This document shows positions 1 through 10,174 of a stretch of DNA of 64,000 nucleotides, one piece after another (positions within the stretch are counted from its first letter, which is position 1; each line of letters begins with the position of its first letter). Both the position numbers and the translations under genes were made by a program. This DNA is from a bacterium (GTDB lineage: Bacteria; Electryoneota; Electryoneia; Electryoneales; Electryoneaceae): assembly GCA_963669175.1 (NCBI GenBank), contig OY769902.1:3200001-3264000 (forward strand), in the 5' to 3' direction. Below the pieces are notes generated by a model. That model had not been told where the DNA came from and did no database searches. It worked only from the letters and a program-made list of their open reading frames with translations.

Positions 1-485
1 TGCTTGAAATGAGAAAGACCGAGCTGGCGAGAATCGGTGAAGGCCCGATTGTCGATAAAGCAGGGAAGCAGGTCGGTATGCATCAAGGATACTATCGCTA
101 TACCATCGGGCAGCGTCGTGGATTGAATATCAGCGACGGACACGGTCCTTATTTTGTGATCGATGTGAAGCCAGAATCGAATACGGTTGTAATAGGAGCC
201 AATGCGGATTTAGAGCATGGTGGCTGTTTAGTTCAGCAAGTGAACTGGCTATCTTTTAGACCACCGGTAGAACCAATGACCTGTACTGTAAAGATTCGTT
301 ATAACGATACTGGTGGTCCGGCTATTGTGAACCCGCCGGATAGTAACGGCAACATTACGATCAGGTTCATTCAACCAAGAAGAGCAGTAACGCCCGGGCA
401 ATCTGCGGTCTGGTATCGTGGGAAGACACTTTGGGGCGGTGGAAACATAGAACGTGCACTAGAAGTAGGTGAGGCGAGACCATGA
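1..485 (+). CDS. mnmA: tRNA 2-thiouridylase MnmA, C-terminal part (5' truncated by window edge)
   Basis: G.H.G...YTIGQRRGL, VKIRY and RAVTPGQSAVWY...LWGGG motifs of the MnmA C-terminal domains. Confidence 0.93.
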   Translation, partial: LEMRKTELARIGEGPIVDKAGKQVGMHQGYYRYTIGQRRGLNISDGHGPYFVIDVKPESNTVVIGANADLEHGGCLVQQVNWLSFRPPVEPMTCTVKIRYNDTGGPAIVNPPDSNGNITIRFIQPRRAVTPGQSAVWYRGKTLWGGGNIERALEVGEARP

Positions 486-1330
486 CTGATACGGCCTCGA
501 AAAGCGGTAGTAACGAACAGAAACGTCGCAAAGTAACAGTCCCCTGGCTGATTCGGATGAAACAGAAGGGATTGAAGATTGCGGCTTTGACAGCATACGA
601 CTTTACCATGGCAGCCATCGAGGACAGCGCTGGGCTGGATATTATCCTCGTTGGCGATTCTGCAGGGATGGTTATCTCCGGTGCGCCGGACACGCTGGCA
701 GTGACGCTGGATGAAATGATCTTCATGACCCGCAATGTTCGTCGCGGTGTCAAGACTGCTTTGCTGGTTACGGATATGCCCTTTGGCTCTTTCCAGATTT
801 CGAAGGAAAAAACCGTTGAAGCAGCCATTCGCCTGATGAAAGAAGGCGGGGCGGAAGCGGTGAAGTTGGAAGGCGGAAAGCAGAACCTGGAGGCTATCAG
901 GCATTTGACCTCGATTGGTATCCCGGTGATGGGGCATTTGGGATTAACCCCACAGTCCGTACATGCTTTCGGCGGTTTTAAGCTGCAAGGCGCTACGGAC
1001 AAGTCAGCGGAGCGGATAAAGGAAGATGCCATCGCCTTGCAGGAGGCAGGAGTTTTTTCCATCGTACTGGAAAAGATTCCGCTGGATCTTGCGAGGGAAG
1101 TGACGGCAAGTGTCGATATCCCAACCATCGGTATTGCTTCCGGTCCGTATTGTGATGGTCAGATCCTGGTAGCGTATGATATGCTGGGACTGGAATCGCA
1201 GTACATGAACTTGCGGTTTGTCCGACGTTACATGGAAGGTGCGGACCTGATTCGAAATGCTGTGGGCCGGTATATCAGCGACATCAAGAATGGCGAATTC
1301 CCAAGGGAAGACGAGAGCTGGCATTCATGA
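482..1330 (+). CDS. panB: 3-methyl-2-oxobutanoate hydroxymethyltransferase
   Basis: LTAYD, ILVGDSAGM, TDMPFGS, AVKLEGG, MGHLGLTPQS motifs; ATGA overlap with mnmA. Confidence 0.97.
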   Translation: MTDTASKSGSNEQKRRKVTVPWLIRMKQKGLKIAALTAYDFTMAAIEDSAGLDIILVGDSAGMVISGAPDTLAVTLDEMIFMTRNVRRGVKTALLVTDMPFGSFQISKEKTVEAAIRLMKEGGAEAVKLEGGKQNLEAIRHLTSIGIPVMGHLGLTPQSVHAFGGFKLQGATDKSAERIKEDAIALQEAGVFSIVLEKIPLDLAREVTASVDIPTIGIASGPYCDGQILVAYDMLGLESQYMNLRFVRRYMEGADLIRNAVGRYISDIKNGEFPREDESWHS

Positions 1331-2172
1331 TTGTCCTGACCTCTTTCCGTCAAATGCAGGAATGGTCACGCCAGCAACATATGGCTGGTAAGACCGTTGC
1401 CTTCGTGCCTACGATGGGGTATCTGCATCAAGGGCATCTGAGCCTTGTTGACCTGGCGAAAGAGCGTGCTGATCATGTCGTGGTCAGCATTTTCGTGAAT
1501 CCTACCCAGTTTGGTCCCGGAGAAGACTACGACACCTATCCCCGTGACGAAGAGGCGGATCTTCAGAAGTGCGAAGAGCATGACGTGTCCGTTGTGTTCC
1601 TGCCTTCAGTGGAGGAGATGTATCCCGCTGGTTACAAGACCTATATCACGGTTGAGGATCTTGGTAAATATCTCTGTGGGGCGAGCCGTCCCAACCACTT
1701 TCGTGGTGTGACAACGATTGTGGCCAAGCTGTTCAATGTTGTTCTTCCTGATGTTGCCATCTTCGGCCAGAAAGATGCTCAACAGGCTCGTATCATTGAA
1801 CAGTTGACTGCTGATCTTCAATTCCCGATTGAGATTGTGCGAGGTCCGATTGTTCGTGAGACGGATGGGCTGGCCATGAGCAGCCGCAATGTCCGTCTGA
1901 AACCGGAGCACCGCAAACAGGCTCCAACGCTTCATCGTAGCTTGACAATCGCGCAGGATCTTTTCAAAGATGGTGTCAGGAATAGCGGCAAGCTTGCAGG
2001 TGCAGTACGAAACAAGTTAAACGAACAAGCGCCTGATGGTGTCATAGATTATATCGAAGTTGCGGACTGGAAAACACTGGAGCCTGTCGATTCGCTGACC
2101 GGACCTGCTTTGCTTGCGATAGCTGTTAAGTTTGGAAACGTGCGTTTGATAGACAATACTTTATTGGGATAG
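1327..2172 (+). CDS. panC: pantoate--beta-alanine ligase
   Basis: FVPTMGYLHQGH, SIFVNPTQF, FGQKDAQQ, GLAMSSRN, VRLIDN. Confidence 0.97.
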   Translation: MIVLTSFRQMQEWSRQQHMAGKTVAFVPTMGYLHQGHLSLVDLAKERADHVVVSIFVNPTQFGPGEDYDTYPRDEEADLQKCEEHDVSVVFLPSVEEMYPAGYKTYITVEDLGKYLCGASRPNHFRGVTTIVAKLFNVVLPDVAIFGQKDAQQARIIEQLTADLQFPIEIVRGPIVRETDGLAMSSRNVRLKPEHRKQAPTLHRSLTIAQDLFKDGVRNSGKLAGAVRNKLNEQAPDGVIDYIEVADWKTLEPVDSLTGPALLAIAVKFGNVRLIDNTLLG

Positions 2173-2927
2173 TGATGAACGATGGTAAACGTGTGGCCGC
2201 TGTCATCCTGGCAGCGGGACAAGGTAAACGGATGAAATCTGACTTGCCCAAAGTGATGCACGAGGTGGGGGGCAAGCCCATGATAGAACTGGTTATCGGG
2301 CAGGCAAAAGGAATTAACGCCGATCCGATTATTGCGGTTGTGGGACATGGTCGCGAACATGTCATTCCTGTAGTGGAACGTACCCATACACATTACGTTG
2401 TTCAGGAACAGCAGCTTGGAACCGGCCATGCGGTGCGGATGGCGGAAGAAACCCTGAAGGATTTCGATGGGGACGTGCTGGTGTTGTCCGGTGATGTTCC
2501 TCTGCTGACGGCTGAAACTTTAAGCAAAGTGTTGGCGTATCATCAACAGAAAAAAGCGACCGCTACTGTAATCACGGCAATCGCTTCCGATCCGACCGGT
2601 TACGGCAGGGTGCTCAGGGGCGATGATGATAACGTCGTCGCGATTCGTGAGCACAAAGATTGCACTGACGCCGAACGTGAGATCGATGAGATCAATTCCG
2701 GTATATATCTCTTTACGAAACAGGACCTCTTCGAAGCCTTGCGTGAAGTGAATAACAACAACGCTCAGGGGGAGTATTATCTTCCTGATGTATTTGCCCG
2801 CTATTTCGCTGAAGGCAAACCGGTTGCGGCGATTGCAGCGGACTTCAACGAAATCCATGGCATCAATAACCGTGATGACCTGGAAGAAGCGCGTCGTATT
2901 TACGAGGAAAACGCTGTCGGGACTTGA
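2172..2927 (+). CDS. GlmU-like sugar-phosphate nucleotidyltransferase, N-terminal domain only
   Basis: ILAAGQGKRMKSDLPKVMH, QLGTGHAV, GDVPLL, GYGR, EINSG, NNNAQGEYYLPD; no hexapeptide acetyltransferase domain. Confidence 0.88.
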   Translation: MMNDGKRVAAVILAAGQGKRMKSDLPKVMHEVGGKPMIELVIGQAKGINADPIIAVVGHGREHVIPVVERTHTHYVVQEQQLGTGHAVRMAEETLKDFDGDVLVLSGDVPLLTAETLSKVLAYHQQKKATATVITAIASDPTGYGRVLRGDDDNVVAIREHKDCTDAEREIDEINSGIYLFTKQDLFEALREVNNNNAQGEYYLPDVFARYFAEGKPVAAIAADFNEIHGINNRDDLEEARRIYEENAVGT

Positions 2928-2970
2928 TTTACAGCGGCACTCGGGACTATTTTCCCAACAGGAGGCGCCG

Positions 2971-3525
2971 ATGATTCAAAAGCATCTTATTCACATAGTG
3001 ATTTGTTTGATTCTGTTGGTTTCGAGCACAGCGCTAGGACAGTCGCCTTATCGCGAGACTGTGAAAGAAACCACACGCGATCATCTTGTCCAACCGATTC
3101 TCCAGACGGAGAAATCTGTCGGGCTGTTGGATGCTTCTCGTGTTTCAATGAATCACCAGGTTGGAATGGGCTACATGAGTTCCGGTGGTCATGGCTATAC
3201 CCAGGGGTATTACCTGAACACCATCGGGTATCGTTTTACTGCCCCGGTAACACTTAAACTTCGCATGGGTGTCGCGAATAACCCCTATGCTCAGACTTCA
3301 GGCACCGGTTATGGGCAGAGTGCATTGGGCGGCATGCTCAACAATGCGGAGTTCTTTGGCGGGGCTGATCTTGACTGGCGTCCAGCAGATAATGTTTTGT
3401 TTCGAATTTCTGTTGACAAGCTGGCGCCGGGTATGTATCGTTCCGGCCATTACGGGAACCTGTTCATGGGCGGATGGAATGGTTTCCCATATGATGGTTA
3501 TTCACCTTTTTACCCGGGACCTTGA
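2971..3525 (+). CDS. exported hypothetical protein
   Basis: GGAGG at 2961-2965 before ATG 2971; signal-peptide-like N-terminus; Gly/aromatic-rich, beta-strand-like body. Confidence 0.7.
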   Translation: MIQKHLIHIVICLILLVSSTALGQSPYRETVKETTRDHLVQPILQTEKSVGLLDASRVSMNHQVGMGYMSSGGHGYTQGYYLNTIGYRFTAPVTLKLRMGVANNPYAQTSGTGYGQSALGGMLNNAEFFGGADLDWRPADNVLFRISVDKLAPGMYRSGHYGNLFMGGWNGFPYDGYSPFYPGP

Positions 3526-3560
3526 ACCCTGCCGGTTCTTAGAAGGTTAACGACAACGGT

Positions 3561-3597
3561 CCCCGTGCTTCCAGCGTAATGGTTGGCACGGGGTTTT
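3561..3597 (+). terminator. probable intrinsic terminator
   Basis: CCCCGTGC...GCACGGGG stem followed by TTTT after the 3525 stop. Confidence 0.5.
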
Positions 3598-3623
3598 GAC
3601 ATCTACACCCAACCAAATTTGGA

Positions 3624-4220
3624 GTGAAGATGGTACGCATTCCCCCCAGGGAGACAGCAAAAAGGTCAGCATCATCGCTGGAGAATAAGATCACCTTGTT
3701 GATCGGTTTGTCTGGTGTGCAGGTGCTCATCCTTGTTATAATCCTGCTGATTCAGATAATCGGCGGAGGCGGCAATGGAAAATCTGCCGCGAAAGCGAAG
3801 AATGTAGCTGACGGGAAAAAGGTTGAAGCTGTGGAAGATGGAGCCGGAGCGGATCTCCAGGATACAGCGCCGGTGGTACAGGAAGCTGAAGTCGGCCCCA
3901 TGCCGCCATTGGTTGATAACGAACGTCCCGTGCGGCTTGAAGTTCTGAACAGCACAAGTGTTGGCGGTTTGGCCAAACATTTCAAGGAAACACTGATCGG
4001 GATGGAATACGACGTGCGAGGTACAGGAAACGCAGGTCGTCGATATGACCAGTCAGTCATCCTGTACGCTCAGGATATGCGGGACCACGCGCTTCGTCTC
4101 GCGCTGTCACTCGGGATGTCGCAGGATCAATTGCGAGTTGGTAGTGGCAGCCAGTCTGTTGATGTGGACCTGACCCTGATCCTGGGACAGGATTACCAAA
4201 GTTTAAATTACGCACCCTGA
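3624..4220 (+). CDS. membrane-anchored LytR_C domain protein
   Basis: single TM helix; VRLEVLNST...GLA and DLTLILGQDY motifs; typical position upstream of rsfS. Confidence 0.82.
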   Translation: MKMVRIPPRETAKRSASSLENKITLLIGLSGVQVLILVIILLIQIIGGGGNGKSAAKAKNVADGKKVEAVEDGAGADLQDTAPVVQEAEVGPMPPLVDNERPVRLEVLNSTSVGGLAKHFKETLIGMEYDVRGTGNAGRRYDQSVILYAQDMRDHALRLALSLGMSQDQLRVGSGSQSVDVDLTLILGQDYQSLNYAP

Positions 4221-4594
4221 TGGAGCCTATGACCATTTCCTCAAAAGAGTTGACTGAGAAGATTGCAAACTGCATGCTTGAGAAACAGGGCGAAGACATT
4301 GTCGCCCTGAATCTTGAGGGCCTGTCTTCTATCTGTGATGCTTTTGTGATTTGTACCGGTACGGTAGATGTCCATGTCAAGGCGATTGTGGACCATATCA
4401 TGAAAACCCTGGATGATGAATCCAGGATCCGTGCAAAGCATGTTGAAGGATACACCGGCTTAAACTGGGTTCTGATTGACTATGCGGATGTCATTATCCA
4501 TGTTTTTCAGCCCCAGTCACGGGAGTTCTACCGGTTGGAACGCCTCTGGGGTGATGCTGAACGTACCGTTTTCAACGACCCTTTAACGATTTAG
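4220..4594 (+). CDS. rsfS: ribosome silencing factor
   Basis: EKQGEDIV, FVICTG, WVLIDYADVIIHVF...REFYRLERLWGDA. Confidence 0.95.
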   Translation: MEPMTISSKELTEKIANCMLEKQGEDIVALNLEGLSSICDAFVICTGTVDVHVKAIVDHIMKTLDDESRIRAKHVEGYTGLNWVLIDYADVIIHVFQPQSREFYRLERLWGDAERTVFNDPLTI

Positions 4595-4609
4595 TCACCA
4601 GCGAAAACC

Positions 4610-6214
4610 ATGAGTCTTGATTTCATACAGGAACGCATTGCGTCCAAACTGCGTGATGCCGCAGGTCTGGCCGATGACCATGTTGTCATGTGGCAGGTGC
4701 CGAAACATGAAGGCCAGGGAGATTTTGCCACCAACCTCGCCATGACACTGGCCAAACAACTGAAAAAAAACCCTCGCGCTATTGCTGAAGAATGGGTTAA
4801 TGCCGTTGACTGGCAGGAACTGGGCCTTGAAAAGGTGGAAGTTGCCGGGCCGGGATTCATCAATGTCTGGGTTGGCTCGAAACCTTACCACGACCTGGTG
4901 AGGAGCATTTTACAGTTGGGCGGTGAATACGGAATTTCTGACGCAGGTACGGGAAAGAAAGTCCTGGTAGAATTTGTCAGCGCAAACCCGACAGGGCCGT
5001 TAAATGTTGTCAGCGCTCGCGCTGCTTCTATCGGTGACAGCCTTGTCCGTGTGCTGAGGAAAGCAGGCTATGATGCCAGGTCAGAGTTTTATATCAACGA
5101 TGCAGGTCGGCAGATTCGTCGTCTTGGCGCTTCGGTCATAGCGATTGCCAATGGCCAGGAACCGCCGGAAGACGGGTATCATGGTGACGACGTTGCTGTG
5201 CTGGCCGGGAAGCTTTTCCCGGAAGGCGCTCCGGAAGATATAGAACCGGAAGATGCGGGCAAGCGTGCGGCAGAACTGAATGTTGCCAAGCAAAAGGCGA
5301 TGCTTCAGCGTTTTAATGTGGATTTCGACCGCTGGTTCCGTGAGAGTGAGCTTCATGCGGAAAACGCTCCCATGCAGGTTTTGGAGCAGTTGAAAGAACA
5401 TGATGCCATCTTCGAGAAAGATGGAGCGACCTGGTTCGCTGGAAGCAAATTCGGCGATGAGGACCGGGTGATTATTACCAGCGAAGGACGCCCTACTTAC
5501 CTGCTTCCTGATATTGCTTATCACCTGGACAAACTTCAGAAGCGGGATAACAACCTGGCGATAGACCTGCTTGGTCCGGATCATCTTGATTATATCGGCA
5601 GAATGAAAGCCGCGCTTCGAGTTTTCGGTTACGGTGATTCGTTTGAAGCCATTGTGGTTCAGCAGGTTCACCTGATTGAAGACGGGCAGAAGGTGAAGAT
5701 GTCCAAGCGTGCCGGGAAACTGATTACGCTGGAAGAACTGATCGACGAAGTCGGTGTGGATGTCGCGAGATATTTCTTCCTGCAGCGCAAGACCAGTTCA
5801 CCTCTGGAATTTGATCTCGATCTGGCAAAAGAACAGAGCGACCAGAACCCGGTATTTTATGTGCAGTACGCTCATACGCGGATTTGCGGGATTCTGCGCC
5901 AGGATGGTTGCCCTGAGGTCTCATCCGATACAGACCTGAGTCCGCTGAAAGAGCCGGAAGAGCTGGACCTGATCAAGCATCTTGAGCAATTTGGTTTGAC
6001 GATACAACGTGCTGCCCAGACGTACGAGCCGCAGAAGATGGTCGGCTATCTTCATGATCTGGCGACGACTTTCCATAAGTTCTACACGGCTTGTCGTGTG
6101 ATCAGTGATGATGTCGAGGTTTCTGCAGCGCGCGCCGCTCTGGTAAAAGCTGCACAGATTGTTTTGGCTGAGGGGCTGCGCCTGTTGGGGGTTACAGCAC
6201 CGGAACACATGTGA
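4610..6214 (+). CDS. argS: arginine--tRNA ligase
   Basis: GDFATNLAM, VAGPGFIN, EFVSANPTGPL, KMSKRAG, NPVFYVQYAH. Confidence 0.96.
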   Translation: MSLDFIQERIASKLRDAAGLADDHVVMWQVPKHEGQGDFATNLAMTLAKQLKKNPRAIAEEWVNAVDWQELGLEKVEVAGPGFINVWVGSKPYHDLVRSILQLGGEYGISDAGTGKKVLVEFVSANPTGPLNVVSARAASIGDSLVRVLRKAGYDARSEFYINDAGRQIRRLGASVIAIANGQEPPEDGYHGDDVAVLAGKLFPEGAPEDIEPEDAGKRAAELNVAKQKAMLQRFNVDFDRWFRESELHAENAPMQVLEQLKEHDAIFEKDGATWFAGSKFGDEDRVIITSEGRPTYLLPDIAYHLDKLQKRDNNLAIDLLGPDHLDYIGRMKAALRVFGYGDSFEAIVVQQVHLIEDGQKVKMSKRAGKLITLEELIDEVGVDVARYFFLQRKTSSPLEFDLDLAKEQSDQNPVFYVQYAHTRICGILRQDGCPEVSSDTDLSPLKEPEELDLIKHLEQFGLTIQRAAQTYEPQKMVGYLHDLATTFHKFYTACRVISDDVEVSAARAALVKAAQIVLAEGLRLLGVTAPEHM

Positions 6215-6222
6215 GGCCAGTA

Positions 6223-7134
6223 ATGGCTAAGAAAGAAATCCTGGTTGTAGGTTCCGCCGCGTTGGATACGGTTGAAGCGCCGGCTGGTAAAGTAGATGAT
6301 ATCCTGGGTGGATCTTCGTTCTATTTTTCTACGGCAGCCAGTTTGCTGGCGCCGGTGAGAATTGTCGCGGTGACGGGGTCCGATTTCCCGAAAGAGAAAA
6401 TCGAGTTCCTGAAGAGTCGTGATGTGGATCTGGAAGGTCTGGAAACGGCTGAGGGTGAAACCTTCCGCTGGGGTGGACGCTATTACGAAGACCCCAACAA
6501 GCGGGATACCCTATTCACAAGGCTCGGTGTTTTTGAACAATTCCAACCTAAAATTCCGAACCATTTCAAATCAACTCCGCTTGTTTTCCTGGGCAATATT
6601 CACCCCGCTTTGCAATCACAGGTTCTGGACCAGATCGATAATCCGGAACTGGTGGTGATGGATACGATGAATTTCTGGATCAATGGCACCCCGGATGAGT
6701 TGCGTGAAGTGCTCAAGCGGGTTGATGTCATCATGATCAATGATGAAGAAGCTACCGACCTTACCGGTAAGACTGATTTACTGGCAGCCGTAGACCAGAT
6801 TTATACCTTCGGTCCGAAGAATATCGTGATCAAGAAGGGCCAGCACGGCGCCATGTTGTTCCGTGAAAACGGCGAAATGTTCAGCCTGCCTGCTTTTCCG
6901 GTTCGTAAGGTTGTCGATCCGACAGGCGCTGGTGACACATTTGCCGGTGGTTTCATGGGTTATCTTGCCAGTCATCCTCTTGAGGACAAGATGACCTGGC
7001 GGCACGCTGTTCTGATGGGATCAGTACTTGGTGGTTTTGTCGTGGAAGACTTCTCCATGGAAAAAACCAAAGTCCTGACTCAGCAGGATATTGACACGCG
7101 TATCGAGCAGTACAAAGAACTGGTGGCCTTTTGA
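6223..7134 (+). CDS. PfkB family kinase
   Basis: DPTGAGDTFAGG signature, IKKGQHG; GAGG before ATG 6223 (ORF track start 6211). Confidence 0.9.
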   Translation: MAKKEILVVGSAALDTVEAPAGKVDDILGGSSFYFSTAASLLAPVRIVAVTGSDFPKEKIEFLKSRDVDLEGLETAEGETFRWGGRYYEDPNKRDTLFTRLGVFEQFQPKIPNHFKSTPLVFLGNIHPALQSQVLDQIDNPELVVMDTMNFWINGTPDELREVLKRVDVIMINDEEATDLTGKTDLLAAVDQIYTFGPKNIVIKKGQHGAMLFRENGEMFSLPAFPVRKVVDPTGAGDTFAGGFMGYLASHPLEDKMTWRHAVLMGSVLGGFVVEDFSMEKTKVLTQQDIDTRIEQYKELVAF

Positions 7135-8135
7135 GCATCCTGTTTCAACAGAATCGTGGGCTCTGGTGGGATGGTGATTCCTTCCATTTCATCGAGCAGA
7201 CACTTTTACCTTTCACGGAAAAGGTGATTGTTACTCGTGACTGGCGCGTGATTGTGGATGCGATCAAGCGTCTTGCGATTCGTGGCGCGCCTGCGATTGG
7301 AGTATCCGGGGCATACGCCAGTATTCTTGCGTTCCGTGAAGCAAAAGGGGAGATGAATCAATGGCGGGAATGGTCAAGCTTAATTGCAAAAGCTCGTCCA
7401 ACCGCTGTAAATCTTTCCTGGGCGATACAGAAGCTCCTGGATGCTTCGGATCAGTTCGAAGGGAATCCTGAAGACGCGATCCTGGCGACGGCGAACAAGA
7501 TTGCTTCTGACGATGAAGCCATGTGCGAGCAGATGGCAGAGCACGGGCTTGAAGTTGTACCGGAAGGCAGCAGCGCGCTGACCCATTGCAATACGGGCTT
7601 TCTGGTTACGTATGGAATAGGTACTTCGCTTGGTGTCCTGCGTCGTGCTCATGAAAAAGGCCGTCTGGAACAGGTTTATGCCTGCGAAGCGCGTCCTCTG
7701 GGACAAGGAGCACGATTGACGATGTGGGAGCTGGGGCGTCTTGGAATTCCGGGGACGTTACTGTGTGACAGCGCAGTTGGCAGGTTGATGCAGGATGGGA
7801 AGGTTGATTTTGTGATGCTGGGAGCGGACCGCATCGCGAGGAATGGTGATACGGCCAACAAAATCGGTACTTTTCAGCTTGCGGTTCTGGCTGACAGGTT
7901 TCATATTCCGTTTTATGTGGTTGCACCATCGAGCACGTTTGATCCTGCGGCACGTAACGGCGATGACATCCCAGTTGAATACAGAAGTGACGAAGAAGTC
8001 TGGAAGTACCAGGGCAACCAGGTTGCTCCGGCCGGTTCAGGTGCGTATAATCCGGCCTTTGATGTTACACCTAACGAGTTGATTTCAGCGATAATCCGTG
8101 AGGATGGCATAATAAAGCCACCTTATCGTTTTTAG
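7131..8135 (+). CDS. mtnA: S-methyl-5-thioribose-1-phosphate isomerase
   Basis: IRGAPAIG, ARPTAVNL, LTHCNTG, EARPLGQGARLT, GADRIARNGDTANKIGT, NPAFDVTP; TTG start overlaps the pfkB stop. Confidence 0.95.
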   Translation: MSILFQQNRGLWWDGDSFHFIEQTLLPFTEKVIVTRDWRVIVDAIKRLAIRGAPAIGVSGAYASILAFREAKGEMNQWREWSSLIAKARPTAVNLSWAIQKLLDASDQFEGNPEDAILATANKIASDDEAMCEQMAEHGLEVVPEGSSALTHCNTGFLVTYGIGTSLGVLRRAHEKGRLEQVYACEARPLGQGARLTMWELGRLGIPGTLLCDSAVGRLMQDGKVDFVMLGADRIARNGDTANKIGTFQLAVLADRFHIPFYVVAPSSTFDPAARNGDDIPVEYRSDEEVWKYQGNQVAPAGSGAYNPAFDVTPNELISAIIREDGIIKPPYRF

Positions 8136-8206
8136 AAAGCAGCCTTGCACGAAGCAAAGAGGTGCGGCTATATTTTTTGATTCCAACGTACTTCGAGAGG
8201 GGGATC

Positions 8207-9316
8207 ATGTTTAAACATTCCGAACGTGTTCTGCTGATAGTGCTGGTACTGTCGTTCATGGCGCTCATGGTTGGTTGCCAGAGCAGCTATGTCCGTTCTG
8301 CCAAGATTTACTTGCAGCAGGATGACCCAAAGAACGCGAAAGAGGTTCTCCTCGAGGGCGCTCAAGCTACTCCTGGTGACCCCGCGATCTATTATTACCT
8401 GGGCAAGGTTCACTCTGATCTGAAAGAGTGGGCCCAGATGAACGATGCCTTTAACAAGGCCCAGGAGTTGACAGATCAGTATGATACTGACATCAAGGCC
8501 ACTCGCTATGAAGCGTGGCGTCAGTTGTTCAACTCTGCTGTCAAGCCCTTTAACAACTCCGATTTTGCCAAGGCGCTGGAGATTTTTCAGGTTGCGCTGG
8601 TGATTCGTCCTGGTGACTACGAAACCTTGAAGCGTATCGGGCTTTGTTACTTGCAGCTTGAGGATTTCGATAACGCGGAAGCCACATTCCTGGAAACGCT
8701 GGAAGCAGACACTTCCAATGCGGATATCCCGACTCGCGTTAACCTGTTGAACATCTACTTCACCAGGGAAGACTGGCAGAAGGTGCTGGATACGGCGAAT
8801 GACATTATCGCTATTGACGAGACCAAGATGGGTGACGTCACTGATCGCATGGCGATCGCTTACCAGCAGATGGACCAGACGGACAAAGCCATTGAGATGT
8901 GGGACAAGGTGATTGCACTGAATCCTGACGTGGCTGACTATTACTACAATAAAGGCCGTTTGCAGTATGTGACAGCAGCCAACATGGATCAGGAAGAGAA
9001 GGAAGCTTCCGATGCGATGATGGCAGATGCTGCGGCAACTTTCGCTCAAGCTGTAGCATTGAACCCGGAAGATGATGAATCGCGCAAGTTCATGATTAAT
9101 GCGCTGTTCCGTCTCCAGGACTGGCAGGGTATTGTCGATGCACTGGAGCCACTGCTTTTCGCAGATGGCGAAGTGACCATGATTGACAACCCTTATCCGG
9201 AAGTTGGTTACTGGCAGCGTCTCAAGATTGCCTATGCCAACCTGCAGATGCCGGAGAAAGCCAGGATTGCTGATGAAATCTCCAAGAAGCTTGAGGAGCA
9301 GCAGGGTGGCGCCTGA
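8207..9316 (+). CDS. TPR-repeat lipoprotein
   Basis: GAGGGGG RBS, lipobox LMVGC, several TPR-like helical repeats. Confidence 0.82.
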   Translation: MFKHSERVLLIVLVLSFMALMVGCQSSYVRSAKIYLQQDDPKNAKEVLLEGAQATPGDPAIYYYLGKVHSDLKEWAQMNDAFNKAQELTDQYDTDIKATRYEAWRQLFNSAVKPFNNSDFAKALEIFQVALVIRPGDYETLKRIGLCYLQLEDFDNAEATFLETLEADTSNADIPTRVNLLNIYFTREDWQKVLDTANDIIAIDETKMGDVTDRMAIAYQQMDQTDKAIEMWDKVIALNPDVADYYYNKGRLQYVTAANMDQEEKEASDAMMADAAATFAQAVALNPEDDESRKFMINALFRLQDWQGIVDALEPLLFADGEVTMIDNPYPEVGYWQRLKIAYANLQMPEKARIADEISKKLEEQQGGA

Positions 9317-9331
9317 TTTTTAGTGTAACAC

Positions 9332-9394
9332 GGGGCCACGACGGCAAGTCAAATGATTCAGTTCATGCATGACTTGAGGTCGTGGCCTCTTTTT
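9332..9394 (+). terminator. long hairpin, probable intrinsic terminator
   Basis: GGGGCCACGAC...CAAGTCA...TGACTTG...GTCGTGGCCTC followed by a T-run. Confidence 0.6.
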
Positions 9395-9424
9395 CTACTG
9401 TAAAAGAGGTATCCTGAGAGTGTA

Positions 9425-10174
9425 ATGGCCAAAGCAGATACAAACCAGTTATTAGCCCGGGTAAAGGAACTGGATTCGTTACCCAGGCATATTGCTTTTA
9501 TCATGGATGGGAACGGCCGATGGGCGAAAAAGAGAAATCTGCCCAGGGCATTAGGACACAAGGAAGGTGTCAATTCTGTTCGTGAAATGGTAGAAGCGGG
9601 GGGAGAACTCGGTATAGACGTGATGACGTTTTATACCTTTTCGGTCGAAAACTGGAAACGCCCTGCCCGTGAAGTATCTGCTCTGATGAAACTGCTGGTC
9701 TCAACACTGCGCCGGGAAGTGGATGACCTGGACAAGAATAACGTACAGTTACGTGTTATTGGTCGCCTGACAGATCTGCCGGAAAGCACACGTCATGATT
9801 TTGATGTTGCGGTTGACCGCCTGAAAAAGAATACCGGCCTGGTTCTGAACCTTGCCTTATCGTATGGCAGCAGGCAGGAGATGGTTGAAGCAGTAAATAA
9901 ACTTCTCCAGGAAAAGAAAGAACAAATCACTGAAGAGGATTTTGCTAACGCGCTTTACACGACCGGGTTACCTGATCCTGATCTTCTGATTCGGACTTCA
10001 GGCGAATTCAGACTTAGCAATTTCTATTTGTGGCAATGTGCCTACACCGAGCTGTATATCACCAATGTTTTCTGGCCCGATTTCCGTAAGCCTAACCTGT
10101 ATCAGGCAATCCTGGACTATACACACCGGGAACGCAGATTCGGATGTACTAGCGAACAACTGGGTGAAACTTGA
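9425..10174 (+). CDS. uppS: undecaprenyl diphosphate synthase
   Basis: HIAFIMDGNGRWA, FSVENWKRP, PDLLIRTSGEFRLSNF, ERRFG. Confidence 0.96.
   Translation: MAKADTNQLLARVKELDSLPRHIAFIMDGNGRWAKKRNLPRALGHKEGVNSVREMVEAGGELGIDVMTFYTFSVENWKRPAREVSALMKLLVSTLRREVDDLDKNNVQLRVIGRLTDLPESTRHDFDVAVDRLKKNTGLVLNLALSYGSRQEMVEAVNKLLQEKKEQITEEDFANALYTTGLPDPDLLIRTSGEFRLSNFYLWQCAYTELYITNVFWPDFRKPNLYQAILDYTHRERRFGCTSEQLGET

Noticed and set aside
3583-3600. TGGCACG as a sigma-54 promoter
   Set aside because: No GC at the -12 position, and the sequence forms the 3' arm of a terminator-like hairpin.
8168-9049. Long antisense ORFs here and at 367-1128, 19695-20513 and 34625-35401
   Set aside because: All lie opposite well-supported genes and lack motifs.
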